Below are positions 13,491-25,997 of a stretch of 64,000 nucleotides of DNA, piece by piece. Source of the DNA: Octopus sinensis (taxonomy: Eukaryota); NCBI RefSeq assembly GCF_006345805.1, contig NC_043001.1:3472001-3536000 (forward strand). Direction: 5' to 3'. A program made the translations under genes and the position numbers. Every line of letters starts with the position of its first letter. The stretch's first letter is position 1. Under the pieces are notes generated by a model. The model was not told where the DNA came from. It saw only the letters and a program-made list of their open reading frames with translations, and did no database searches.

Positions 13491-13700
13491 GGTAGTGCAA
13501 ATAAGAACATAACATGTAGGGTATCCTGGGCCATAATAGATTCTGGAGTCCCGTACCAAGGATAACGCTCCACGTGTAGGCTCTGCCTGAAAAAGGCCCT
13601 CCAATTATTTATTCATAATTCACCACAATTACTCAATAAAGAGCACGAAGAAATTTTTACATGTAAACATAAATTCTATCGCACCTTTAGATTCTTCCAT
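13490..13700 (+). mobile_element. Penelope-like GIY-YIG endonuclease C-terminal relic
   Basis: VSWAIIDSGVPYQG*RSTCRLCLKKALQLFIHNSPQLLNKEHEEIFTCKHKF matches the PLE pattern W.I...PY...C.LCL.EK...LLNKR.E....CRH. Confidence 0.75.
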
Positions 13701-15413
13701 AGGTCCAAATGCAAGCGAAATCAACACATGTACCACTTCCTTATATGCATCCACGGTCTTTATAATGTACGTACGTTTTTTTCTTTTTTATAGACATAAA
13801 ACTATGTGATCACTTGACCATGCTGCATCCAATATAATAAGCATGACCTTGAAATAGAAACACTGGTAACTTATAAACGTTTTAAAACAAGTCTTGTATC
13901 ATAAAGCAGTGGTGGTCATGGGTGGGTTTCCTCCAAGGATTTCAGCACGTATATCTAGCTCCACAAGACTGCAAAACTCTACAATTTCTTCTCTACCGAT
14001 GCATTTTTCTTGCTTGCAGTTATCAATTTTCAGAATAAAACTGGTTAAAACTGGACATGAAAGATATCGCTCTCAGAGAGAAATTCTTCGAAGAACATGG
14101 CATTGAAGCCGTTTTTCTTTATCGTGTAGTATTGGCATCTAATATCTTTGCCATCGAATGCTTTTTGAGGTCTTGTGAAAGATACGGGTCTGATACTATC
14201 CTAAGATGACACTGTGTTGCTGATGTAAAAGATTTGACCTCATCAGTATAAAGTAACACAAAATGAAGTGTCTTGTTGAAGGACACACAACCCACCTAGC
14301 CTGGGAATTGAAAATACAATCTCACAATGAATCCAGCTGGTTAACCACGAGGAGATGCGGTTTCATAACTTACGTAAATATAAATAGAAAAAAAATGTTT
14401 TATGTTTTAGAGAACTACTATTATATTTTATATTTCGCAAGCACAGAAGATACAATATTTGAGTGAAACATATAAAGGAGGAATCAGAAAATAAGATGAC
14501 TAACAAAGTGTGTTGCCGATGGTATAGATTAAATAATAAGCTGTTTCCATGAAATATTGCAGCCTGGCTATTGCACACTAAGTGTAAATAGTTTTCTAAT
14601 AAAAGAACTCTGAAAATAAATAAATAAATAAAATAAGTATATGATATATAAAATAGAAAAGATTATTGTCAGAGATTTTAGATTGAGATGAATTAAATGG
14701 TGATAATTGGGTGTACGTCGAGTAAGAACTATTGAGGGTAAACAATCAGCTAAATTGATTAAGAAAGATGTTATGGCGATGGTTATGATGATGATGATGG
14801 CGAGTGTGATGTTGATGGTGATAATGATGAAGACGAAGCTAGAGATACTGAAGATAATAGTGACAATGATTCTTCTAAATAGCAATAAGTGCATCGGAAA
14901 ATCTTGAAATATCTGATTCTTCATATTTAGAGAAGTATATACATATATAATTATGTATGTATATGTTTGTAAATATATATTTGTATATGTGGGTATGTGA
15001 GATTATGCCGAGATGTATTTACAAAACTGAAAAAAAAAAAATCATAGACAGACAAATGAAAATATGCAAATATGTTGTGTGTAAAATTGTTTGGGCTGGC
15101 GTGTATGTGTGTTTGTGTATGTGTTTATGTGTGTGTATGTTTGTATGTAAGCAAAGATATATCTAGGTTTATTAAGTTACACAGAGTCACAAACAAATAT
15201 TACTATGCAAATATGCTGTGTATAGGTATGTGTGTACGTGTGTGTTTGTGCGTGCGTAATTACACATACTAACACACATATATGGAAATTAAACTTGAGG
15301 CGAAGAATGACATTTTTGTGAATGTCCAAATTATAATCACACTCGATGAATATTACACGGGACATGGCACCAATTTATAAATACATACATACATACATAC
15401 ATACATACATACA

Positions 15414-15449
<36 letters not shown>

Positions 15450-15849
15450 TATGGAGACAAGATGAGTGGGAAACTCTTTTGGCCAAGGAGGAGAAAGAAA
15501 ATATATTTGCATTAAGAAAGTAAGAAAGAAAGGGGAAGAATTGTGGCGGCTACTATAAGTTTTTTCAATATAGGAATATATATAGTGTGTGGTCAGCGTG
15601 TTTATAATATGAAGTGGTTGAGGTATATGTTGGGATTTACTTGTAAGTTTACGGAAGGCGGGTTTATTTGAAATAAAAAGAGAGAAAATGTTTAGAAATA
15701 GTAAGTTAACATACAGAGAGATGTGTGTAAGTGACAATAAAGTAATTAAAGGAGTGATCAACTGTTGATATAATATATAGTGGTTATGAGAGTGGATAAA
15801 AAGAAAAATTCATGAAGGTTAGGAGGAAAAGCGCAGGGTGGGTTTGTAA

Positions 15850-16620
15850 TTATTTGTATTTAGAGAATAGATTTAGTAACTAATGTTTGCAGTTGAATAT
15901 TATACTGCTATGTTCATTATGACAATCCGTGGATTGCAGAATAGCCAAGGCCTAGGCTATGCGGAAATCACTCTTGTTATTACAGCTGCTGTAAAACTTG
16001 GCGTGGGTGACTCTGGATCCCTTGAGTGTGTAAGCAGTTGAATCATGCGTTTGTGTACTGATCAGTTTAGATAACGATGTACTGTTGGATTTTGTTTGGG
16101 ACTTGAAGCAGGAGTAGTGGTTGCTGACTCTAGCGTTGAAAGTGGTGCTACATGAACCGATATAAATGTTGTTACAATTGGCAGTCGACACTATGCACTT
16201 ATAAACTATGTTTTCTGTGAGACAGCGGTTATCTAAAGGACAGGCGGCTGGGCGTCTGAAGCTGCATAGTTTTGTAGGAGGTACTCCGGAGGACTTGTGA
16301 GGAGACTGCTGTTTAATGAGTAGTAGGTAACCGGTTCATTATTATTGCTGGTGTTAAGATTAGTATTCGTTATGGAGTTGAGGGTGGTGTTCTGGGCTCT
16401 AAAACATGATAGTTATTGTGTCTGGTGGTATCCTCTGCGTTGTTCTCTATTTTTACAAGAGTATAGTTATTTAAGGATCGGAGCAATGTGGATCCTTTCA
16501 AAATGATGCTACATTCCACTTCAAATGTGTCTGGAGAAAACGTAGAACTGTTTAGATACACCCTCTTTCATTCATATCTAATGTATCTGTGTTGTTATTT
16601 AGCTTTTGCAAAGGTAACCT
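15850..16620 (-). mobile_element. Penelope-like element relic (linker plus GIY-YIG endonuclease)
   Basis: NIYIGSCSTTFNARVSNHYSCFKSQTKSNSTSLSKLI...FYSSCNNKSDFRIA..LAILQ, frameshifted. Confidence 0.82.
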
Positions 16621-17032
16621 CTACTTCATATAGTATCATCTCAACATTACATGAGTGATTAAGCAGGCATGCATTAGTGTTTCCGTACCTACAGCATACT
16701 TCATGTGGCATATTGGTTTATAAACCGAGGTGCTTTCATGTACAAAAGTTACAACTGTAAATAACATTAATACAATTTCTGTTGTAGAGATTCCTTTACC
16801 AAAAATGTGTCATATGTTCTTGGATTTAGCACTGGTGAGGAATGTTGTCTGTAGCAAATTACCGTGAATATATCATAGGCAGCATTAATAAACTATTATC
16901 GGATGAAAGGAAATAGCTAAAGATAATTTTTACTTTAATAGGCCTAATATCTAAGAAAAAGAATATGAAGACCATGAATGGTTGCAAGGTGTAAGCTTAA
17001 CGTAAGATGGCTAAGAGATAAGGATGTAAGTA

Positions 17033-17575
17033 GTGGGTTGTCCGGAAAGATTTATAGTGGCTTACCTTTCGACTTATTTTAGAACATGTTTGAGTCCATA
17101 AAATAGGATTGGCTACACTTCCATTTAGAGCACAGTTTAAGCTATCTTTTCGTGGAAGAAGGTTTATGGTCCCAAAACCTGTGTTAATTCTGTAACCCTT
17201 TAAAATGGAAGATAAGAAAGTTCATTTTCGGCACTTGATGCTTTGGGAACCAGACAAAAATTGCTGCAGCTCGGCTGGGATGTGTTACTCCACCCTCCAT
17301 ATTCACCAGATATTGCTCCTTCGAATTTCCACTTATTCAGGTCTCTGCAGAATAGTCTTAATGGTAAAAATTTCAATTCCTTGGATGACGTAAAAAGATA
17401 CCTCGATGAATTCTTTGCCATGAAAACACCTCAATTCTGGGAAGAGGGTATTTTCAAGTTAAAGGAAAGATGGAGACACATTGTGCAACACACTGGTTCT
17501 TATTTGGTTGATTAAAAATGTAATGGCAAGTATTTATTGACCTTTTTCTTTCCTTTAAAAAATCGGACAACCCAA
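17033..17575 (+). mobile_element. Internally deleted mariner element with TIRs and TA flanks
   Basis: TA-GTGGGTTGTCCG ... CGGACAACCCAA-TA; N-terminal MEDKKVHFRHLMLWE fused to TRQKLLQLGWDVLLHPPYSPDIAPSNFHLFRSLQNSL. Confidence 0.93.
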
Positions 17576-17994
17576 TAGTTACATCTACTTTACTGCAAAG
17601 CACTATTGCAAAAGCGGGCATCCCCTCAAAGATATTTTTATTTGAAGAGTGGCTGGAAATTATTCTAATGTAATAATTAGATTTTAAGGGTCGTTAGAGG
17701 ATAATTGGATTTTCGTTCGAATATGTGAATCTCTTGCTTTGTTTAACTAGAATTGAAACATTGGTGTAGCCATAAACTTATAGAGATCTTAAGAGCTAAC
17801 TATCTATATCTGCATCGGTTTGTAATTGTACAGTTATACTGTGAAACGTGTAGCGTGCATATTAATGCAGGCTTGTAATATAAATAATTAAACGGTGAAA
17901 TTATTATTATATGACGAAGGAGTGCGAAACAACCGTAATCCTACGGATATCAAGTGGTTAAATAAATCTAGTCTTCTCATACTTCCTGGTTTAC

Positions 17995-18025
<31 letters not shown>

Positions 18026-18042
18026 GGTATATATATATATAT

Positions 18043-18090
<48 letters not shown>

Positions 18091-18352
18091 ATATATATAT
18101 ATATATATATATGTATTATGTATGTATGTATGTATGTATGTATGTATGTATGTATGTACAGTAATTGAAGTAGTAATTGTACGCGGCTGAAGAAGCTATA
18201 GACACACATTTACATCAATTATGCATTGTTATAAACCGTCTAATAAAGGCCTGAAACATATGTACCGCTAAATCCTTTGCATCATGTTTTTATTTTGATA
18301 AATATATATATATATATATATAATATATATATGTATGTAGTATGTATGCATG

Positions 18353-18400
<48 letters not shown>

Positions 18401-18416
18401 TAGATAGATAGATAGG

Positions 18417-18450
<34 letters not shown>

Positions 18451-18639
18451 CATACATACTACATACATACATACATACATATTTACATACACACAGCGTT
18501 AATCTTAAACGATTATCGTTCACATATCACCTCCACATGTCTATGCTTGTATGGTCGGCGTTGTGATGGCTGGTGTCAGGTTTTATTTAGAGACACTTCT
18601 TTAGATAGGAACCTGACCACTTCTCTCTTCTCTACTCCA

Positions 18640-18780
18640 TTGCTAATATGGTTTCCGAGATGTGAAGCTTTCCTAATGTTACCTGTCTGGCATCATAGTT
18701 GTTCTTTCAGCGATGAGTGGTAACTTCAAAAAGCAGGTGTTCAAAGCTGTTCATGGTTTCCTGGTCACGGGACACTTAAG
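18640..18780 (+). mobile_element. Possible Gypsy integrase zinc-binding relic
   Basis: GIIVVLSAMSGNFKKQVFKAVHG resembles VVP.SMR.QVF.AVHGLSHPG; short and degenerate. Confidence 0.3.
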
Positions 18781-18849
18781 GTATTCGGTAATTATTGAAT
18801 TCTATCAGTTAAGAAATATACAGTATGGATAACACAGTCTTATCACTCA

Positions 18850-19266
18850 CTCTCTTACTCTTTACTCTTTTACTTGTTTCAGTCATTTGACTGCGGTCAT
18901 GCTGGAGCACCGCCTTTAATCGAGCAACTCGACCCCGGGACTTATTCTTTGTAAGCCCAGTACTTATTCTATCGGTCTTTTTTGCCGAACCGCTAAGTGA
19001 CGGGGACGTAAACACACCAGCATCGGTTGTCAAGCAATGCTAGTGGGACAAACACAGACACACAAACATATACACACACACTTATATATATATACATATA
19101 TACGACAGGCTTCTTTCAGTTTCCGTCTACCAAATCCTCTCACAAGGCATTGGTCGGCCTTGGGCTATAGCAGAAGACACTTTCCCAAGATGCCACGCAG
19201 TGGGACTGAACCCGGAACCATGTGGTTGGTTAGCAAGCTACTTACCATACGGCCACTCCTGCGCCT
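18850..19266 (-). mobile_element. tRNA-derived SINE, family A (CORE-like cttgggcaagtg; probably octopus OR-type), full length
   Basis: Reverse complement of the 53433-53847 element; Pol III A/B-box-like head. Confidence 0.93.
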
Positions 19267-19734
19267 GAGTATTTTCTCAGTACAGATTGGTTCTGCGGTA
19301 TTTCTATTTATATGGATTTATCAGTGCTAGGGGGGATTAGTCTCACCAATTGTGGTGAATATTCTGGAAACACTATGAATCAACTAAAATTCCATGGGGT
19401 ATAGCAGCTACTTTTAACAGAAAATATCTATGACGTCACTTGAAACCGAATTCTCACACACGTGACCTCGTCCCATGGGACCTAATGCACAACCGCAGAT
19501 ACCACATCGCAACATATTTGGTTTGTTGATTATCACACAGATACGACACGTCAGGCTCGCTCATCTTTTTCAACACCATTGAAAAGGAATATTTTGCCGG
19601 TAATATCAAGATTAAACATTTCTGGGATGGAACATTTGAATAATTTGACATTTGATATTTTTTGTTCCAACTACATTAACGCTTCCACAGCCTTCTCTCA
19701 CATACTGCTTCACACATGCATGCATGTATATTCT

Positions 19735-20125
19735 CTTTTACTCTTTTGCTTCAGTCATTTGACTGCGGCCATGCTGCAGCACCGCCTTTAGTCGAGCAAA
19801 TCGACCCCGGGACTTATTCTTTTGTAAGCCCAGTACTTATGCTATCGGTCTCTTTTGCCGAACCGCTAAGTGACGGGGACGTAAACACACCAGCATCGGT
19901 TGTCATGCAATGCTAGGGAGACAAACACAGACACACAAACATATACACACACACTTATATATATATACATATATACGACAGGCTTCTTTCAGTTTCCGTC
20001 TACCAAATCCACTCACAAGGCATTGGTCGGCCCGGGGCTATAGCAGAAGACACTTTCCCAAGATGCCACGCAGTGGGACTGAACCCGGATCCATGTGGTT
20101 GGTTAGCAAGCTACTTACCACACAG
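19735..20125 (-). mobile_element. tRNA-derived SINE, family A
   Basis: Near-identical to 18850-19266. Confidence 0.93.
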
Positions 20126-20199
20126 ACAATCCAGCGCCTATATGTCATTGTTCAGTTTTATTTCATGATTTCTTGCCAAAATCACAAAGCGCCGGTTTC

Positions 20200-20470
20200 T
20201 AACCTACATACAAGGATCCTTCATTGGAATTTCAACATCAACAACCAGGTATTCTTCTTTGTATGTATGTAAGTATATGTGCAGATTTGTATGTTTTGTT
20301 TTATGTATGCATTCTCATGCATATAGTTGCATATCTAGACATGTTCACTTATATTCAAATGATAAACTTCTGGAAAGTTTTACAGATTTTTACAGTTCCA
20401 ATGATAGATTGGATTTATAAAATAGCTTTTTCTATTCTGGTTTTGAGAAGTCTAACTTCTCAAGATGGTA
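20200..20470. repeat. Unclassified interspersed repeat; inverted homologue at about 42780-43005
   Basis: Shared ttctaaccta...ttcaacatcaacaa...cagatttgtatgttt...tatctagacatg...aaatgataaac. Confidence 0.75.
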
Positions 20471-20489
20471 TTTAGGTAGAGTGTGTTAT

Positions 20490-20740
20490 ATATTCCAGGG
20501 CCCCAAAAATTACGGGTAAAAACCTAAAGTTGTAATCTGGATAGAGTAATTGCAGATTTCTTAAAATTGAGCATATGTATTCTCTTTAACACTGATCTTC
20601 AGCTTTATGTTGTTATGTATTCCAGGGCCACAATAATTACAGGTATAAACGTGAACTTGTAATCTGGATAGAGTAACTGCAGTTTTCTCAATAGTTCAGC
20701 GTAGGTGTTCTCTTTACCACTGATCTTCAGCTTTATGTTA
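20490..20740. repeat. About 125 bp tandem duplication (2 copies)
   Basis: tattccagggcc...ttgtaatctggatagagtaa...cactgatcttcagctttatgtt occurs twice. Confidence 0.85.
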
Positions 20741-20982
20741 ACATCCGCTGTGCAGCTGATTTCCACAACTGCGCAGGGTTTCTCTATATATGTGTGTCTG
20801 TCTGTCTGTCTGTATGTATATATGTATGTATGTGTGTATGTGTGTATGTGTGTACGTACGTATATATGTATGTATGTATGTAGTCAATCCAAACATGAAC
20901 AAGCAAGAAAAACAACAATGCCAGGACGTGGAAGAAGTACTGTGTTATAGGACACTCAGGAAAGGAGAGAAATGAAAGTGGA

Positions 20983-21015
20983 TTTCACGTTTCGAGCGGA
21001 GCTCTCCATCAGAAA
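20983..21015 (-). ncRNA. Minimal hammerhead motif, same family as 2319-2353
   Basis: UUU CUGAUGG A GAGC-UCC-GCUC GAAAC GUG/AAA; core A9 and triplet H17 are mutated. Confidence 0.55.
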
Positions 21016-21379
21016 AATAGAAAATGTCAAAAGACGGAGAAAGAGAATCGCCAATGATACACCATCGGTCACATATTGTATGTATGTATGTATGATGCAT
21101 GTATGTATGTATGTATGTATGTATGTATGTATGTATGTATGTAGTATGTATGTATGTATGTACGTATGTATGTATGTATGTATGTATGTATGTATGTATG
21201 TATGTATGTATGTGTGTATGTATTAAGATATTTGTATGTACGTATTAAGATTTCTCTTAGCCATACTAATAACCTGGCTTTATAACTCAATATGCTTCAG
21301 AACAAAGTGTCAGTCAAGTACAGTGCAGTAATAAGAGATGGAACGACAAAGAAATATGATATTATGTCCTCAGGTTCAG

Positions 21380-21475
<96 letters not shown>

Positions 21476-21514
21476 TATATATATATATATTATATATATA
21501 TAATATATATACAT

Positions 21515-21895
21515 ACTAGCAGTATCGCCCGGCGTTGTTTGGGTTTGTTTCGACCTTTAGATTTGGAGTTTTTGAAAAGTAAAATTTGCATTATGTAGCT
21601 TGTTATTCTCTTTAAGTGAACATTTTTCTGGTTGAAATACACCGAAAAATGGCGACATAGCAGTCAAAAAATCGTAAAAAGTAGGGGTTTCATAGAAAAA
21701 AGCACCTTTTTGATGTAAATTGTTTTTGGTCTTAACATGGTCGGATTTGAATTGTTTCTCCTGCGGAAGAAAGAGCAAGTCTTCTTCTATCATACTCTTA
21801 ATTTTGGTCAAGTTGCGTCGCAGGGTCTCGGAGGAAATAGTGTTAGTTGAAGGCTACCAAACCTGCCATACACAGACAACTTCAGCTTTATATAT
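21515..21895 (+). mobile_element. Helentron/HINE-like non-autonomous element inserted in (TA)n
   Basis: Starts actagcagtatcgcccggcgttg and ends acagacaacttcagctttatatata, the end style of HINE/Lep1-like elements; identification by resemblance only. Confidence 0.5.
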
Positions 21896-21898
21896 ATA

Positions 21899-21941
<43 letters not shown>

Positions 21942-22275
21942 TATGTGTGTGTGTGTGTGTATAAAGCTATTGAGAGATAAGTAGCCTAATAGATCGATAC
22001 ACAGCTAAACACACCGACACACTTATACACACTCATATATTCTTTCTCCTTGTATCCCAGATTCTATGTTTTCGAAATAATTACACCATTCTCTCCATAC
22101 TGTAATAGGAAACTATAATGGGTCGGCATCAGAAAGGGAAGCCTGTCATAAAACACTGGAAAAGCCCCTGAAACCTATGCCGCCATGAAAAAAGGGGCCG
22201 TGATAAACTACCATAACGATCATTATATGTATATATATGTATGTGTGAACAAGTATGTATACGTGTATGTAATTG

Positions 22276-22327
<52 letters not shown>

Positions 22328-22959
22328 CATATATATGTATATATATATATATACATATATATATATACATATATAGGGAGAGAGAGGAGAGAAAGAGAAA
22401 ACGTGTGTTTATGTGTGTATGGGTATATGCGTGTGGTTATGTGTGTGCGTTTGCATACATAACCTATAGAACATTCAATTATTAAAGAATTCTATTGATT
22501 TCTGATATTTATCAGCATCATTGCCATGAAATATCTTCAACACACCAATCCGATCATCTATTTTTCTCTTTTTCTTTTCATAGATCTTAATTCTCACACG
22601 CACGCACAAACACGCTTTCAAATATATACATACACACATATACACAAACACACATACACAAACACAAACGCATACACACAAACACGAACGCACACATACA
22701 CATACACACTTATATTGCTCTGTTATGTTTTCTATAAATTTTCTTTCCCTTTTCGTTTATATTTATATATTTTATTTTATATCTGTTGTAATTTATCTTC
22801 AGATATTTCTGTCTTTTCTTGTGTAGAGTCCTTCCTTTGGAACGGGGGGGGGGGACGGAGTGGCGGGGAGAAAGCAGAGGTTAAGTTTCCTTTTATTGTA
22901 GTCATGTTTTTTCATCAGTGCGCGCGCGCCTGTATGTGAGAGTATGTATATGTAAGTGC

Positions 22960-22990
<31 letters not shown>

Positions 22991-23180
22991 ATATGCATAT
23001 AAATGTGTGTATATGTCCTTGTGTATGTATGTGTGCGAATATATATAGATATATATGCGTGTGTGTTTATGTATGCATTGTTTTGTTACACCTATATTTA
23101 TTGGTCAATATTGTCAAATGGAGAACCTAGGTTTTTTTGCTTTATTCCTTTGGTGGGGTTTGGAGTAGGTTTAAAAAATC

Positions 23181-23299
<119 letters not shown>

Positions 23300-23320
23300 T
23301 ACATATATATATATATATAA

Positions 23321-23373
<53 letters not shown>

Positions 23374-23392
23374 ATTATATATATATATAAAA

Positions 23393-23426
<34 letters not shown>

Positions 23427-23430
23427 ATAT

Positions 23431-23461
<31 letters not shown>

Positions 23462-25218
23462 CATACTTATATTCCCATGCACACGCAAACGCACATATTC
23501 ATATATACATATTCTGAGGCAGAAAACCCTACGCATATATATATTGTTTTGCTTTCTTCATTTATTGGTCAATCTTGTCAAAATCAGGAGAAAAAGACTT
23601 CAAATAGATCATTCTGAATTAATACTATTAAGATTGTTCAATTAGATAAGAAATTTGGTGAGAACAGTGTTGTTGTCTTTTTTTTTTAATAATAAATATT
23701 GCAAACATATCACACATACAGACACATAGATACACACACACATACTCACCAAGAGAAATACAAAATAAATGTAATGCCAAATGGGAAGTAAAATTGCTCA
23801 AGAATAACATAATTGATCTGATATCTGCAAGTCTACACAGGAGGACATTTGTACTTTAAGAACAGAACAATGATTTTTTTGTTTCTTTTCAGATATTTTT
23901 GTATGTTTTTTTAAAAAATTTGTGTGTTAGTTTTTGATTATCTTTGGAAATAAGATTTTCATTTTGATCTGCTAATATATTTTCTTAAGTGTTGTACTGT
24001 GGGTATTAAAAGATTTGATCTTAAGCCAATAAAGCAGCCTCTGTGAAAGTATTGAACTTGCAGGAAAAAGCAGCGAGGCCTCCTTAATGGTACGGCCCTA
24101 ATGAGTTCACTAATGAAGGACGTATTGACAATATAATGACTGATATTTAAGAATAAAGAAAGGTACGAGCAATGAGGTTATTGTTGGAATGATATTTTAT
24201 TACCGATCTACTGGATCAGATCTAATATATTCTGAATATCTAATTCATCTAAACATGTAATTGGATGTTTTAATATCTGCCTTTCCATATTTGCCTGATT
24301 TGGACAGAGGTTTTGAGGTAGATTTTGTATGAGTGGATGCCTTCACTGCCACCAAACCTCAGCCTTTATAACCACACCAATGCATCTTTGCTCATTCAAC
24401 TGCAGTAAACTGAGGGTGAACCAATGACAAAAAAAAACTTCTCTCAAGCCATTTCAATATTCCAGCGTATGCATCCTTAAAAGGGAAGAAGATTAGCAGA
24501 GAAAACAGTAAACGTTTCAGAGAAACAGTATAATTACCTCATTTCAGATTTGGACATCTTCAAATGAAGAACGTGTTAGATAATGTAGTAACTGGTAACA
24601 TTTGAGTTCACTAAAATATGGGATCATGGCTGAATTGTCTATACTGAGGTAAGAGAGATCTTGGACCGTCATATCGATTTTATAAAATACGTTTCGGTCA
24701 GGGCTGGGGAGTCTATTTTGCTCCTCTGCTTTCTCTGTCTTTCTCTTCATTTCCATGTCTACAAGCATTAGTAATCTTAGACCTTCATAAAAAATCATCT
24801 GAGATTCGTGATTATTCGTAAGAAATTTACTGTCAAATCTCCGTGTTGCCGTCTGTTGGTTTACTTATTGTTTACTCTGCAAATCTTCTCTTTAGAGGAT
24901 GCTTAAACGTATTCATCCCTGAGACAAAAGCACTGGTTTACACCACATCATGGTATGTCCACACCTATTAATTACATTTGATGATGTAATCCTAAATAAA
25001 TTATTTTGATAGTATGATAGTGGCAATCACTGCAGAAGTGTCTTTTATGATAGGGACCCTAGCTCAGGCCTCACCTGAGGTTAACAACTGCATAGTGTCC
25101 CTGTTTATTCCTTTTAATGGTTACTTGAATGAGATGCACTCTCCGCTAGTTCTGTGATACAATCTTCTTTACTTGAAGTAATCTGCAGTTTATACTTTGC
25201 CCCTGCAATATATGTTAA

Positions 25219-25997
25219 CCCTTTCACGCCATGTTCCCGGCATCGAAGGAATAGCCTAAACGTATTCTCTATCAGATTGCCATTGAAACGGTAATGAAAA
25301 ACACACGGAGAACATGAAGATTTAAAAAACCCACTAAAAATAGACAACCGAACACCGTTTGTAGTTTTGTAGTCAAGAGTGTTTACGACTTGTTTTTTTA
25401 TAGCATCCCCAATGACTGTTGCGGAACAAGCAGATATTTTTTGCGATTAAGTGGGAATGATGAAACCAGCACTTTGTCTGGTAAACGAGCAAAGCAGTGA
25501 ATTCTTACAGTTGAGGAAATTGTTGATTATATTTATTCCTCAGATGAAGGGTTTACCCTTACGCAGACATTGAGAGTGATTCGGACAAGGAAACTGATGG
25601 ACGTGATGAGGAAAGAAGTGATTCTGGTGAACAAATACAGTTGAGAAATATCCTATAATGGTTTTCCTCCAGAACGTTTCTTATGATTTTGTCCATTAGT
25701 TTGTCTACAATGAACAAATACGTTAGTTGAAGGATAGCCCAACTATTGTTATTCGCCTGAATTTTTTTTTGTATGTGAGCGATTTTGTCAACAATCGTTA
25801 CTCTTGAGCTGTGTATACTCAAGGAGCCCAGATGGAGGGTAAATTTAGACACAGGAGCCCAAGTTTGTGAGGATTAATTTATGCTCCAAAACCATGCATA
25901 ATGATGTCAAAGTTTTCTTCCTAAATTCAATAATTTTCAAATTTAATTGAAACAAACACAATGCAATTCAACTGAAATAAAGTGGGAAAAAAAAGGG
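25219..25997 (+). mobile_element. piggyBac-like relic
   Basis: TTAA-CCCTTT ... AAAGGG-TTAA ends; decayed acidic N-terminus LTVEEIVDYI..SSDEGFT..ADIESDSDKETDG; only 6 bp of TIR match. Confidence 0.45.

Noticed and set aside
17915-17960. Hammerhead-like (A)UGACGA...GAAAC..CCGUA, with a similar ggccgtaggatatc at about 41248 and ccatgaagg..tcgaaa at about 40065
   Set aside because: Too many core and helix defects to support from this sequence alone.
24548-24648. Plus-strand exon with good splice sites and ATG GCT (MAELSILR); also minus-strand ORF 24544-24798
   Set aside because: All frames through the full exon contain stops and no compatible downstream exon was found; the minus ORF has no recognisable homology. 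Could still be UTR or lncRNA.
25559-25852. 97-aa minus-strand ORF
   Set aside because: Antisense of the decayed acidic piggyBac-like N-terminus; no independent support.
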